64,000 bases of DNA from Chrysemys picta bellii. Taxonomy: Eukaryota. Position 1 is the first letter of the stretch, and each line of letters starts with the position of its first letter. A program made the translations under genes and the position numbers. Below are positions 36,379 through 49,314 of the stretch, in pieces. A model generated the notes under the pieces. The model saw only the letters and a program-made list of their open reading frames with translations, was not told where the DNA came from and ran no database searches. The stretch is taken from NCBI RefSeq assembly GCF_011386835.1, contig NC_088794.1, positions 9,176,001-9,240,000 of the forward strand, given 5' to 3'.

Positions 36379-36556
36379 CTTCAGAACTGCTTGCTCCTTC
36401 TCGTCGTCTTCTTCCCACACATCCTGGGCCCCGGCCTCGATCGCCAGCTCCAGGGCCTGCTCCAGGGCCACTGGCCTCTGCTGAGAGTCCTGCCCGCTGA
36501 CCGTGATCACCCCCTTCTTGTCAAAGCTGTGCCGGGCCCCGTCGGACATCTGCACC
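36379..36556 (-). CDS. TACO1: TACO1 coding exon 4
   Basis: RHSFDKKGVITV..ALELAIEAGAQDV; AG/GT boundaries; 178 nt, phase consistent. Confidence 0.93.
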
Positions 36557-39457
36557 CTGCATGGGAAAAGGGGGACATCAGGGGACAGGGAGTCACTTCT
36601 ATACAGCATGAGAGAGACCATTCCTGGATGCTGGTCCAGGGGATTCGTGCTTTGCACAGGATGGAGACGAGGGAGGAAGGGCTCAGAGAAGAGCCACAAG
36701 AATGATTCACCTGCCTCATAGAGAGAGCTTGAAGACTCTCAGCGTACTGAATTTATCCCAGAGATGTCAAAGGCCCATTGTGCTCATCCAGCCAGACTCC
36801 TGCCTAGCCCAGGCCAGAGAATCTCCCCCCTTGATTACTGCTGCCAGCCCAGTAACTCCTGGCTGAGCTAGAGATGCCTTTGAGAAAAAGACACCCCCTC
36901 TCCACTGACAGACTCCCAGTGATGGAGAATCCACCTCGTCCCTTGGGGAGCTGTTCCAGTGATTCATTCCCCTCCCTGGTAACCATGGGCTCCTTGTTCC
37001 CAGCCTGAATTTGTCTCCCTTCAGCTCCCAGCCAGTGGATCTCACTCTGCCTTTGTCTGGTGGTTGAAGACCCCTCTGCTCTCAGAAATCCTCTCCCCAT
37101 GTCGGTGCTTATAGACCAGGATCACATCACCTCTTACCCTTCTCTGAGATAAACTACATTGAACGAGCTCCTTTGGTCCTTCGTTCAGAGGCAGGTTTTC
37201 CAGCCCCCAGATTGCTCTTGTAGTTCTTCTCTGAATCCATAACAATGTAAATGGTTTGGGAAGAGGTTTAAGCTACCTCCAATTAAGCCCTTCTTGCACA
37301 GATATAAGAGAGTCCACCCAGAGATGTGTTGTGATAACTGGGCTGGCAAATTTACCCTAATTGTGAGCTCAACTGTAAAAAGTATGTAAAAATTCATGAG
37401 ATGTCACAGTAGCCTTTAGAATCATAGGACTGGAAGGGGCCTTGAGAGGTCATCTAGTCCAGTGCCCTACACTCAATGCAAGACTAAGTATTATCTAGAC
37501 CAGCGGTTCTCAAACTTTAGCAACCCAAGAACCCCCATTTTAATTTAAAATTTTTCAGGGATCCCCAAGTCCCCGCACTCCGCCCTTCCCTGAGGCCACG
37601 CCCCCGCCCTGCTCCTTCTCCGAGGCCCTGCCCCCCGCTCACTCCGCCCCCCAGCTCAATCCAACCCCTCTCTCCATCACACGGTCTCTCCCTCATTCAC
37701 TTTTACCAGTCTGGGGTAGGGGGTTGGGGTGCAGGCTCTGGGAGGGAGTTTGGGTGCAGGAGTTGGGGTTCTTGGCAAATCCATGATGACTGTTACCTTA
37801 TCATCTTCTAGGTGTTTGCAAATTGATTGCTTAATTAGTTTCTCTATTATCTTTCCAGGTACTGAAGTTAAGATGACTGGTCTGTAACTCCCTGGATTGT
37901 CTTTATTTCCCTTTTTATAGATTGGCACTATATTTGCCCTAATAACAAATGCTGATGGGAAAAGGTATGAAAGAGACAGAAAGAATGAAATAGTCTAAAA
38001 CAAAAAGGCTGACAAGTATAACTCAAGGGCTACATTGAAATCATCCTTACTAAACACCAAAGATGTGGAACTAGAAATGAATGAACCAAAATTGGTGAAT
38101 CAGAAATTAGGCCTAATTGCTGAACAGGATAACAAGGGGCTTGGCTATTCCACCCATCGGTACATTTTGGGGTCCTTAAAGTAATTTAGGGGGAAATATG
38201 GGAAGAACCGATGGAGACTATTAGACCCAGACCCCTTTCACCCTAATCCTCAGGGATATCCTGACCAGTCCAGGCCAAAGATAGGGACTCAGTTGACATC
38301 ACCACCCCTACCAACTCGAGCTGAATCCCAGGTTATGTCTCTACTGCAACTGGACACTTGCTTCTGGCTTGTGCCACTTGACTCGGGCTTGCGCTAAGGG
38401 GCTGTTTAATTGCAGTGTAGACATCCGAGCCCAAGCTCTGGGACCTTCCCCCCCTCCCCCTCCGCCATTGGGTCCCAGAGCTCAGGCTCCATCCTGACCT
38501 AAATGTCTACACCACAGATGAACAGCCTCTTAGCCCAAGCCAGCTGGCATGGGCCAGCCACGGGTGTCTCTTAGCAGTGCAGACAAAGCCCCAAACATGA
38601 GATAAAATGCGATCAGACTTTAGCAGCAGCAGCAACGGCTACAGCTCATCTCAACTAACTTACTTTTTTAGCGCAAAGACCAGTAATCACCATCTTTGGG
38701 ACCATCTAAGAGACCGGAGAAACCCTTGTTTGACATCTAAAGACTCTCTCCATCCAGAAGGGAAGTTATTAAAATCAAAGCCTTACTCAATACTTTACAT
38801 CTCAAAGGCTTTTAACTGTTTTGCCTTCTTTTCCGAATCTTTAACAAAAGGATTTTTAGTGGGGTGTTTGCCACGCTGCTAAGCAGCATGAAGTCTCTGT
38901 ATCCCAAACCCCGAACCTTGTGTAACACTTTTTAATGTTGGACAGTGACATTGTTAGGTTAACACCTTTGGCCCATTTATTCCAGCTAAATTAATGCCAC
39001 AGGTGTGCACCAGTTTAATTAAACCCGTTTAAGTTAATCCGGTGCACCTGTTCCAGTAAACCCGGGGTAACATTTCCCAAAGAATCTAAATCACTTAAGA
39101 ACCTGAATCCCATTGACTTTCCAAGACTTGGGCTCCTAAAGGCTGAAAGTCACTTTTGAAAATGGGACTATGGCTCCTAAACCACTTAGGTGCTTTTGAT
39201 AATTTAACCCAAGGTCTTGCTTATTACAACTTCATGTACAGACCAGCCCTGACCCACATGTGGACTGTATGTTGTGGCCAGGCTGTAGAGAGCGTTAGCC
39301 AGCTATTTCCCTGCACTAATGCATTGTGTTTATCTCAACCACTAGACACTCATGTTTTAAGACCCGGAAGTGTCAGGTTTGGTCACTGCATGGAGCACGG
39401 GAAGGGCCTTTGTGCAATGAAATGCAGGATTGTCGGGCCCGGCAGGGAAGGACTGAC

Positions 39458-39588
39458 CCATTGCGTCTCAGGATGAGCCGAATATCCTGGTAGGTTCGCT
39501 TTGCATTGTCCGTCAGCACCTCAATGAGCAGCGCAGATCCCCCAGGGCCTCTGGCTTCGTAGAGCAGGTACGAGCTCTTCCCTTTGTC
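39458..39588 (-). CDS. TACO1: TACO1 coding exon 3
   Basis: DKGKSSYLLYEARGPGGSALLIEVLTDNAKRTYQDIRLILRRNG; GCAG|..|GTCAGT; missed by the ORF track. Confidence 0.92.
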
Positions 39589-39729
39589 CTGCAGCGAGAA
39601 GGGGCAGATTCAGCTTTGCAGCTGGGCTTATGTCTTGGGAGGTGTTAGGGGGCTTTCCCTTCACCCCCTCCCCTGGTTCTTGTCACGCAGACAGAAAGCA
39701 GAAGCCTGGAAGTCCTAAGTGCAGGCACT

Positions 39730-40637
39730 CTGTGTTCCCTGTAAGCTGCGCACTTGGCCATGCAGGAGAGATTCAAATGCCGGCCAGCTGATTAGAGAGC
39801 CCGTACAGCCAGCAACGTGTGTTCAGGTGCCCCATCCCTCATGTTGCTCTGTACTGCAACTTCTCCCGAAACCCTCCTGCTGGCTATGCAGAGCAGGGGT
39901 GGGAGAGGAGGGTGCTGATGTCAGGGTGTCCCACTTCCCCCACCCCTGTACCCCACCTCCGCAGAGTAGGGCAGAGGGGACAGCCTGGCTCAGGACTAGG
40001 AGCTGCTGTGGTCTGAGGTCTGAATGGTGAGTGGCTGGGTGCCTTTCTTAAAGAGACAGTGCACGGTTCCCGAGATTTCCCCAGCAGCCAGCACTCAGTC
40101 TCAGTCTCTCTCACACACACACTCTTCCCCCTCCCCCTGTAGCCCATCTCCCCAGAGCAGAGGCGGGGAAACAGGGCTCGGGACAGAGCAGGAGAGCTTT
40201 CAGTGAGTGACTTAAAGAGACAGTGCATGGCTTTCTCCAGCAGCCAGCACACACCCAGAATCTCTGTGTCACACACACACACACACACACACATATATAC
40301 ACACACACACAGTCTCGTTCACACTCACCTCCCAACACATACTTGTATTATTGTTGTTACTTCTTGGTACTTCCTTCAATGCACATATATTCTCTGTAGT
40401 TTTATTCTTTCAAAGTGTGCTATTTTAGAGTTTAGACTGGTCTATGCATTTAATAATTTTTATTTCTCTCTTACACTTAAATTTAATTCTTTGAGTAGTG
40501 AGTTCTAAAATGCCTAACCTGTCCTGGCTGGAGTAATTATCCTTTTTATTTCTACGGGTGGCGCACATCCACACATACCTTGGTGCACATAACAAAATTT
40601 ATTCCGCACATGGATGGAAAAATTAGAGGGAACATTG
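39730..40637. mobile_element. Non-autonomous hAT-type element in a TACO1 intron
   Basis: Ends CTGTGTTCCCTGTAAG / TTAGAGGGAACATTG; TSD CAGGCACT / CAGGCAAT. Confidence 0.8.
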
Positions 40638-41482
40638 CAGGCAATGCAATGTTTATTGGGGTTAGTTTCAAGCAAGCATCTCCATGGCTCTGATGCCACA
40701 GAGCCTTTACCTGTGTCCCCGTTCCCTATTCCCACCTCCTTAGCAGGCCCAAATATACCTGCAGTGCACGTCCCTGGTCCCACCCCTTACAATTTATGGT
40801 CATGTCCCTTTTCGGAGGGTCATGAGTCTGGGGTCGGGGTACCACCTCTTTTGTATCCCATGGGAGGGGTAAGGAGTGAGGTTGTGTTCTGGCCAAGGCC
40901 AGGCCTTTCTTTGGCCTTTAGTGTTTCTTATGCCTCCTCCCCATCCCCTCTTGCCCCTCCTGACTGGTTGCTTGACCTTGGCTTGAGAGAAGTGCCAGGC
41001 AGCCTTCCAGCATATGCTCAGATATTTATACACCCAAACACACCCAGTAACACTTTCAACACTCTCCTCTCATTGTACTAACAAGCCCATCTGGCTGGGT
41101 AGAAGGAACACATAGTGTCTTTGCTCACAGATATTAGTAAGGATAAAAGAGCATCAAAAGTCAAGCCCAAAATTCTGCCCCAGGCTAACAAACAGGCCAA
41201 TATACTAACATGAGGTCCTGGGGTTAAACAATAAAGGCCAAGTCTCCGTCCATCCCCAGGCCCCAGATATACGTTACTGGTGGCTCCTGCACTACCCAGG
41301 AATGGCTCCTGCTTCCTCTCTGGATGCACATGCACAAGGGATCCAACAGCAAACTGGAGCCATAGAAACACTCAATGTTTATGATCTGAAGTGGAGCACC
41401 AGACCTGGAAACTGGGGCAAAGGAGGGGGCCCTCTGGAGCAATAGATTGTAGGCTTTGCCATATGGGATCAACACCAAGGTC

Positions 41483-42527
41483 ATAGAATCCTAGAAGATT
41501 AGGGTTGGAAGAGACCTCAGAAGGTCATCTAGTCCAACCCCCTGCTCAAAGCAGGACCAACCCCAACTAAATCATCCCAGCCAGGGCTTTGTCAAGCCTG
41601 ACCTTAAAAACCTCTAAGGAAGGAGATTCCACCACCTCCCTAGGTAACCCATTCCAGTGATTCACCACCCTCCTAGTGAAATAGTGTTTCCTAATATCCA
41701 ACCTAGACCTCCCCCACTGCAACTTGGGACCATTTCTCCTTGTTCTGTCATCTGCCACCACTGGGAACAGCCTAGCTCCATCCTCTTTGGAAGCCCCCTT
41801 CAGATAGTTGAAGGCTGCTATCAAATCCCGCTTCACTCTTCTCTTCTGCAGACTAAACAAGCCCAGTTCCCTCAGCCTCTCCTCATAAATCATGTGCCCC
41901 AGCCCCCTAATCATTTTTGTTGCCCTTCGCTGGACTCTCTCCAATTTGTCCACATCCTTTCTGTAGTGGGGAGCCCAAAACTGGACACAATACTCCAGAT
42001 ATGGCCTCACCAGTGCCAAATAGAGGGGAATAATCACTTCCCCCGATCTGCTGGCAATGCTCCTACTAATGCAGCCCAATATGCCATTAGCCTTCTGGGC
42101 AACAAGGGCACACTGCTGACTCATATCCAGCTTCTCATCCACTGTAATCCCCAGGTCCTTTTCTGCAGAACTGTCGCTTAGCCAGTCGGACCCCAGCCTG
42201 TAGTGGTGCATGGGATTCTTCCTTCCTAAGTGCAGGACTCTGCACTTGTCCTTGTTGAACATCATCAGATTTCTTTTGGCCCAATCCTCCAATTTGTCTA
42301 GGTCACTCTGGACCCTATCGCTACCCTCCAGCATATCTACCTCTCCCCCCAGCTTAGTGTCATCCGCGAACTTGCTGAGGGTGCAATCCATCCCATTATC
42401 CAGATCATTAATGAAGATGTTGAACAAAACCGGCCCCAGGACAGACCCTCTGAGGCACTCCGCTTGATACCGGCTGCCAGCTAGACATCGAGCCGTTGAT
42501 CACTACCTGTTGAGCCCGACGATCTAG
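41483..42527 (-). mobile_element. CR1 3' portion (RT C-terminal half + tail)
   Basis: ORF 41567-42427 [32 protein letters not shown]; CR1 tail. Confidence 0.93.
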
Positions 42528-42698
42528 GTCCATCTAGCTCAGTCTCCTATCACTGACAGCACCCAGAGCCTAGACTTCAGCCCAAGCCCAAACATCTACG
42601 TGGCAACTTTACAGCCCTGCAGCCCAAGCCCCACGAGCTCAAGCCAGCTGACCCAGGCCAGCCACAGATATTTCATTGCTGTGTAGACGTACCCATGG

Positions 42699-43372
42699 CA
42701 GTGTTCCCTCTAATTTTTCCCACCAATGTGCGGAATGAATTTTGTTCATTATGTGCACCAATACGGAGGTGAAGTGTGACACATCATCTTCATATTGGTG
42801 CACATAACAAAATTCATGTGGTGGGGGAGGGGCTGAGGAGTTCTTGTGGGAGGGGGCTCAGGGCTGGGGCAGAGGGTTGGGGTGCAGGGGTGTGAGGGCT
42901 CTGGCTGGTGGTGCGGGCTCTGGGGTGGGGCCGGGGATGAAGGGCTCGGGGCTGGGGCAGAGGGTTGGGGTGCAGGGGTGTGAGGGCTCTGGCTGGGGGT
43001 GCAGGCTCTGGGGTGGAGATGAGGGGTTTAGGGTGCAGGAGGGTGCTCCAGGCCTATTGCAGGGAGAGAGGACTCCCCCCAGCGCTCTCCCCACAGCAAC
43101 ACCTGGGTTTGGGGGTGGGGAGAGGCGCCTGTCCCCGCCGCGGGAGCTCTGGGGCTGGAGGATAGGCACCCCTCCCCCTGGCCCCAGCAGGTCCGGGCCA
43201 GGCCTGGGGCCAGCCGCGGCCCAATCCGGCCGCGGCTGAGTCCAGGCCGCAGGGTGAGTTGTGGCTGGGGGAGGGGCGCCCCTTCCCTGGTAGGTCCCCG
43301 GGCAGGTTCCCTAAGCGCCTGCGCTGCACTAAATAGGCTGCTGTGCGGCCGCAGAGTTTACAGGGAGCTTAG
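42699..43372. mobile_element. Non-autonomous hAT-type element, same family as 39730-40637, opposite orientation
   Basis: Ends CAGTGTTCCCTCTAA / TTTACAGGGAGCTTAG; TSD ACCCATGG / ACTCATGG. Confidence 0.78.
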
Positions 43373-45404
43373 ACTCATGGTGAACAAGTTTGGGGCCCCG
43401 TTGGGCTGGACCCCAGCACAGACACACCATGACTAAGACTGTAGCCCTGTCCCACTGGGCACGGCAGAGACAGAGAGTAACTGAGATTTGGTCCCCATTG
43501 TGCCGGATGCGGCTCCAGCACATGGTCATTGAGAAAAAGTCCCCGTCACACTGGGCATGCACAGATACACGGCGACCCCCATCGCAACAAGTGCTGCACA
43601 GATACACCAAGTAGTTGACAGTCCCTGCCTCAAAGAACGTATAATCTATAGACAGGACACAGGGTGGAGAAAATGGGAACCACAGACTATTCCTGTGTAA
43701 TAGTACTTGAGTTTTCACTAAATCTTTCACAATTATTTTTGCTATTCTTCCCCCCACCCCGGAAACAAGCTCCTCCCCCCCGATACATTTTTTGAACCAG
43801 GACATTTTCAAAAATGAATTTACAAGAGAAGAAGATTAGATGCACATTCCACTGGCCCCCCCTCAGGAAAAACATAACAGTACAGTGTGACCAAACTAAC
43901 CAATCAAAAGTTACTGGTAGCAATACCGGGTGGAGGGGGGTGGGGGCGGTTTCCATTTGCTCTAGTTCATTTTGCAGTTTTCACCCTTGTGCATGTGTGT
44001 GCGTTTTGCAACTGGGTGACTTTTGATTGGGCAAATACAAATGGGTTTATTATCTCAGACCCTATTTGCAAAAGGGGAAACTGAGGCACAGACAAACCAA
44101 TGTCAAATTTATTACATGTTCACTGTTGGGCTGTCCTGGGTCTATGACAGACATGTTTCAACCCTAACCCTCGGGTTGAATAGACTCAGGGGAAATGGAT
44201 GCAGGCCACTTATTTTGGGGCCCACATAGGGTTGGGGCCCCAATTTGAGAGGGCTTAAAGGAGTGTGACTTCCAGAGACTGGGACCCTGGCACTTTCTGA
44301 GAACCAAGTCGCTTTATACAATCCCAAGATGGGGCAGCTTGAAGTCAGGGATGCTCTTGAACTAACAGAGGGCTGGACAGAGAACAGAGATTGAGAGCAT
44401 CTGCTCTCCCCATCCTATAACCACAGATGGTCAAAACACTGGCAGCAAAACAGTTTTCCATTGGAAAAGGTAGTTTTGTTAGAATCGAAACATTTCACAA
44501 GAGCTTGTCAATTTTGATGTGAAAATGAATCACTTAAATTTTCTCAGTTCAAGAATACGAAAAATGTGTTTTACTAAGGTAACACTTCGTTTTGACTGTA
44601 TTGTTCCAGTTCATTCCAATTTTACATTTTATTATATTAATTTCAATGTAGGTTTAATATTTTCTATTAAATTACAAGGTTATGGCATTAGTGAAAGGAA
44701 ATAATTCAGTGTGTCTGAATTGTATTGTCTGAATTTTCTTTCCACCAAACATTTTAAAATCTAAATTTTCTAATCCGATTCAGCATGAAAACAAATTAGA
44801 AGTGGCAGAATCTCCCGTGGGATGGACATTCTGTTTCCCAATCATCTCTACTTGTAACACAAGGACTAGAGAATGTTCCTTGAAATAAAAGGTGGGAAAT
44901 TCAAAGCTGATCATAGAAAATACTTTTTCACACAAAGGGTGATTATCCTGTGGAACTCACTGACACAGGATGTCACAGGGGGCAAGAACTTAGCAAACAA
45001 CTTCTGGCAGGGATATTAAACCTCCTGCTTCAGGGCTTGAGCTGACTGTAACTATTACAGACCAAGCTGAGACCTAACGCAGGATGATTATCCCCACATC
45101 TGCTACTGAGGGATTCTTACACCTGCCTCTGCAGCCTCTGGTGCTGGAAACAGGACACTGGAGTGGACACACCTCTGCTCTGATCCAGTCTGGCAATTCC
45201 CTATGACCCAAGTGATTTGCTCAAGGTCACAGAGGGAGCAAGTGGCAGAGCTAGGAATAGAAACCACAAGTCCTGTAGCCCGGCCTCGTTCAAGGCTCCC
45301 AATGCCCCTCTGCATAGCCTGGCCTGGCCCAGAGAATGCAGCAAGGCTGCAGCCTATAAGCCCCTCTGCCCCCTGAGCTGAGCTGGCAGGACCCGGCTAC
45401 GTAC

Positions 45405-45511
45405 CCCTCCCTTGATGGCCACCTCAATGGATGATTTGGGCATGCTCTTGCTCCGGCACTGCTCAATGATGTTGGCCAGGTTGGTATTGAGATCAGGGTT
45501 GGGTCCCCCTT
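45405..45511 (-). CDS. TACO1: TACO1 coding exon 2
   Basis: [36 protein letters not shown]; 107 nt, AG/GT boundaries. Confidence 0.93.
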
Positions 45512-46220
45512 CTGCAATAGGACAGAAAGGGGGTGTCATAAGGGAGACATGGCTGTGATCCCATTCCAGACAGTCCTGATTCCCAGCTCCCATTGCTATA
45601 ACCCACCAGCCTCCAATCCCCTCCCAGAGCCAGGGATAGAATCCAGGCATCCTGACTCTGAGACCCCCTTACTCTAACCCACTATCCCCCTCCCAGAGCC
45701 AGGGATAGAACCCAGGAGTCCTGAGGTCCCTGGTGACCCTCCCTGCTCCAAACCACCTATCCCAAGGCCCTTCCTCCCTTCAGCCACCATTATCTGTTAC
45801 CTCAGGCCGCCTGAACCCCAGGGACTGGGCTGCCCCCCTCTTATGCGAAACAGCTACTAGAGTGGAGCACAGACCGAGCCACCTTACAGGAGGTGCTGTG
45901 GGACAAAGGAAAGGTCCAGTGGAGAAAGGATGAGAAGGGGAGAGACACTACCCCACAGACCAGCATCCTCTCCTCCAGCAGCCGAGGAGGATAACAGAGG
46001 TTAGGGATGCTGGGGTTAGGGGCAGCGCTACTGGTCAAGGCTGGGCTCTGTAGCCACAGCCTCTGGCTAGGGCTGGGCCCCATCAGGTGCTGGGAGGCGG
46101 GAAGTCTCTGTAGCCCTCCCTCTGGCTGTGACAGGGCCTGTGGGGCACTGGGAAGCTGGCGGGGCTCTGTAGTGCCCCCTCTGTCTGGGGCTGTATCACA
46201 CACAGGATCCGCCCCGGTAC

Positions 46221-46482
46221 CTTTCACAGCGACGCGCAGCAGCATGGTGAGCTTCTGGAAGAGCCGGCTGCGCTCCACGTCCCGCGGGCCCTTGATGTGC
46301 TTGACCTTGGACCATTTGTTGTGGCCGGCGGGGGTGGCACCTGAGGTGTGCAGGGCCCGGCATGATGAGCGGGGGGAAGGGGCAGCCAGCCTGGGCACCA
46401 GCTCCTTCAGTGCCAGCACCGAGGCCAGAACACGGCATCTGTACGGGGCAGCGGCCCTCGCCATGGCGCTGGGCAGGGACAT
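46221..46482 (-). CDS. TACO1: TACO1 coding exon 1 (mitochondrial presequence + [13 protein letters not shown]); start ATG 46482 or 46464
   Basis: [24 protein letters not shown] is the YebC/TACO1 N-terminal signature; the five exons join to ~292 aa. Confidence 0.93.
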
Positions 46483-46879
46483 GGGTGTGAGCTCCTGAAA
46501 CACACATACACACACAGGTTACACAGCTGGATGGGAGCTCCTGTAACACACACACATAACACACATACTGCTCAGCCTCCCCGAAACACACACACACACA
46601 CACACTACAGCCAAGTGTGAGCTCCTGTAACGCTCATACATACACTGGCTTCCTCTAACACACACACATGACACAGCAGGCGGGGGTGTGATCCCCTGTA
46701 ACACACACCAACATCACACAGCCAAGCAACAAACACACCACACAGACCGACCTGTCTCTTACTGTGACACACGCTGCAGAGTCTGGCCGGGGCCCTCTTA
46801 TACCCACTAGTCCCCCTCCCCTCCCAGAGCCGGGAGAAAACCCAGGAGTCCGGGCTCACAGCCCCCCACCGCACAGCGG

Positions 46880-47700
46880 GACCCCACTCACAGCCCAGGG
46901 GCAGGGACTGGGCTGCCCCCTAACGGGCTCCTGCCGCCCGGGCCCTAGGAGCAGCGAGCGCCCCGGCGGCCGGACTCGGGACCCAGGCGTCCGGGGAGCT
47001 GGGCCGGAAGGTCCCTGGGCTGGGGCCTGCCCCGGCTGCTGGAGCTGACGGCGCAGGCGCGGGGCCCTTGAGCCGGGGGCGGGCGGGGAGCGCAGCAGCC
47101 GGCGAGTCCCGCAGCGAGTGGGGCGGGGCCTTCCCGGGCCAGCCCGGCCCCCTGGGTCCCAGCCCGGCCCGTGCGCGGGGCGTGTCCCAGCTGCAGCCCC
47201 GGGCGGGGAGCGGGCAGAGAAGTCGCTGCCCAGCTGGAGCAAGCGGCCGGAGCCGGAGCCGAGTCCGGCGATGGCTGCAGCGGGGCCGGCGCAGGTAGGA
47301 CGCGGGGCGGGGACTCCCCGGCCGGGCACTGGCTGGTCCCGGCTGGGGGCCGAGGGGGGCCGGGACCCGGGTCTCTCCCGCGCTAGTGACCCCGGGGCTG
47401 GGGGCTGCAGCAGCTCCCGGGGGTGGCGCTGCCCCGGGGCAGGGAGCGGCTCAGCGCGGTGGGGCCAGGCAGGACCCGGGGTCTCGCTTCGCACCCGCGC
47501 AGCCCGGGGGCGCAGGGGCTGGAGCAGCCGGAGCGCTGGGGCCGGGGAGCGGCTTTGGGGCCCCGAGACCTGCCCACAAAGCCGAGAGCGGGGTCTCCCT
47601 GGGTCACAGCTGCTGGGCCAGGGGGTCCCTGGGAGTCGCTCCCCTAGAAACCGCGTCCCCTGCTGAGACTCCGGGCTGGGGGCTGGAGCGGAAGGTGCTG
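46880..47700. promoter_or_regulatory. CpG-island bidirectional promoter TACO1 (-) / KRAB-ZNF D (+), with a partial fifth leader module on the minus strand
   Basis: Dense CpG, GC boxes, NRF1-like GCGCAGGCGC 47051-47060; minus strand GGGACCTTCC..CCTGGGTCCCGAG from 47015 and CT|GTGAGTGGGG donor at 46891. Confidence 0.7.
47271..47294 (+). CDS. KRAB-ZNF gene D exon 1 (MAAAGPAQ)
   Basis: GGCGATGG Kozak-like context, CAG|GTAGGA donor, in frame with the KRAB-A exon. Confidence 0.7.
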
Positions 47701-47721
47701 AGTGTGTAATGCTTGTGCCAG

Positions 47722-47851
47722 CAGCCCCAGGTGGTGTTTGGGGACGTCGCTCTGTATTTCACCCGGGAGGAGTGGGAGCTCCTATCCCAGCGAGAGAAGC
47801 ATCTGTACCGGGACCAGATGCTGAGGAATTATTGGGCCCTCGTTTCCCTGG
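47722..47851 (+). CDS. KRAB-ZNF gene D exon 2, KRAB-A box
   Basis: [40 protein letters not shown]|G, donor GGTAAG; in-frame alternative acceptors at 47721/47724/47730. Confidence 0.9.
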
Positions 47852-48926
47852 GTAAGGACCAATTGCGCTTCATTTTAACAGCTGTGAAATGTCTGGGTTC
47901 CCTCCATACCTCAGCTGCCATGTGCAGCTCTGGGCTGAGCGGTGGCAAATGTCAGCCCCTTTCAGCCTGGCTTCCTGTAGGAGCAGAAATCAGGGCTACC
48001 AAGCCTGGGGCTAATCTCAGTGTAACTTGTTTATTTTGCATTACCTACCTCCGTCCTGGCACAGAGGTGGTAGCAAACAGTTACACGAGTAACATCTGTG
48101 CCTCAAGAACTGACTCTAGTTAGACGAATAAGGCAGGGAAATGCTGCTGCTGCAACAGCTCCCCACCTCCCCCAAAAGAACGAACATAGTACATTTAACA
48201 ACTGTACACTTGAACAATGCTTGCACCCTACGTGCAAGAACTGGTAGCTCTGAATGGTGCCACCTGCCAAGACACGTTGTGGCCGATGCCTTAATGACAT
48301 ACAGCAAACTGTTTTCAACAGCTATAAGATGGCAAAGGAGCAAAGTTCCCTTCTTCCAAAATCTTCCCCCATGGTAAATTTTCGGGGGGACAGTTGGGTA
48401 AGTGAATGACCAGAGAGAAGGTGGTTGAGGACTTTCTACTCACCCTGTCTCTTAATCTGAGAGTAATGGGGGTTCAATGGTGTTTCAACTCATTAAAGAA
48501 AATCGGTGTCACACAGTTGTCCTATGGAACGTAGTGCCACAAGATAGCATAGAGGCCGAGATATTAGCAGAATGGGATATTTCTATGGAACATCCATTCT
48601 AGAGTTCCCCTAGTAAGGATTTAAAACTCAGCCCCCACTGCAAATTGAGACGGGTCATAGACGTTGCTGCTTCAGAGTATGAACTGAACTTGCCTGGGGG
48701 GAGACCAGAAGAAATCTCCTCTAAGGAAGGTTTATTTCATTATTCTCCTGCTTGGGATCTCCTGCACTTTCCTCTGAAGCAGTGACCGAGATCAGTGTCC
48801 CGTCGTGCCAGGTGCTGCACAGACACACCCTGACCGAGGTCGGGGCCCTGTTGTGCTGGGCTGCACCAACATATAATTGAGCCCCTGCAGCCAAAAATTT
48901 AGTAATAAAACTTCCCCCCCAAACAG

Positions 48927-49043
48927 GTTATTCAGGTTCTAAACCGGACTTAATCCACCGGATCGAGGTAGGGGAGGCAGAGCTCTGGATCCAGGATGCC
49001 AAGAGCTCCAGGGAAAGCTCCGGGCCTGAGAGCCGCTCCTCAG
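48927..49043 (+). CDS. KRAB-ZNF gene D exon 3, KRAB-B box
   Basis: AACAG| YSGSKPDLIHRIEVGEAELWIQD..SS |GTGAGT; 117 nt, phase 1-1; not in the ORF track. Confidence 0.85.
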
Positions 49044-49314
49044 GTGAGTTATAATAATCCAGTTCCTTCTGATTTACACACCTGCTAGTGAAGGGCTCCC
49101 TGATGTAGAAGACAAAGGCAGAGCGAGATCCACTGGCTGGGAGCAGAAGGGAGACTAATTGAGGCTGGGAATTGGGGGCCAGTGTTTATCTTGGTAGGAA
49201 TGAACCACTGGGAGAGCTCCCCTGAGGACACCATGGATTCTCCATCACTAGGAGTGTTAGACCCTCAGTAGAGGTCTCCCTATGGGATGGGGAGCAGGCA
49301 GGTACCGGACAAAG

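Noticed and set aside
32425-42527. Two CR1 pieces in permuted order sharing ~75 bp (32427-32500 vs 42452-42527), suggesting a circular-intermediate translocation
   Set aside because: TACO1 exons inside and outside the interval are in normal order and phase, so two independent copies of a common family are the simpler explanation.
25180-49270. Recurring GC-rich segments at ~25180-25580, 33900-34260, 36770-37260 and 49090-49270 as a possible novel dispersed element
   Set aside because: They translate to eroded CR1 ORF2 C-termini (..NHWNS.PR.V..PSLGV..), so they are old CR1 3' ends.
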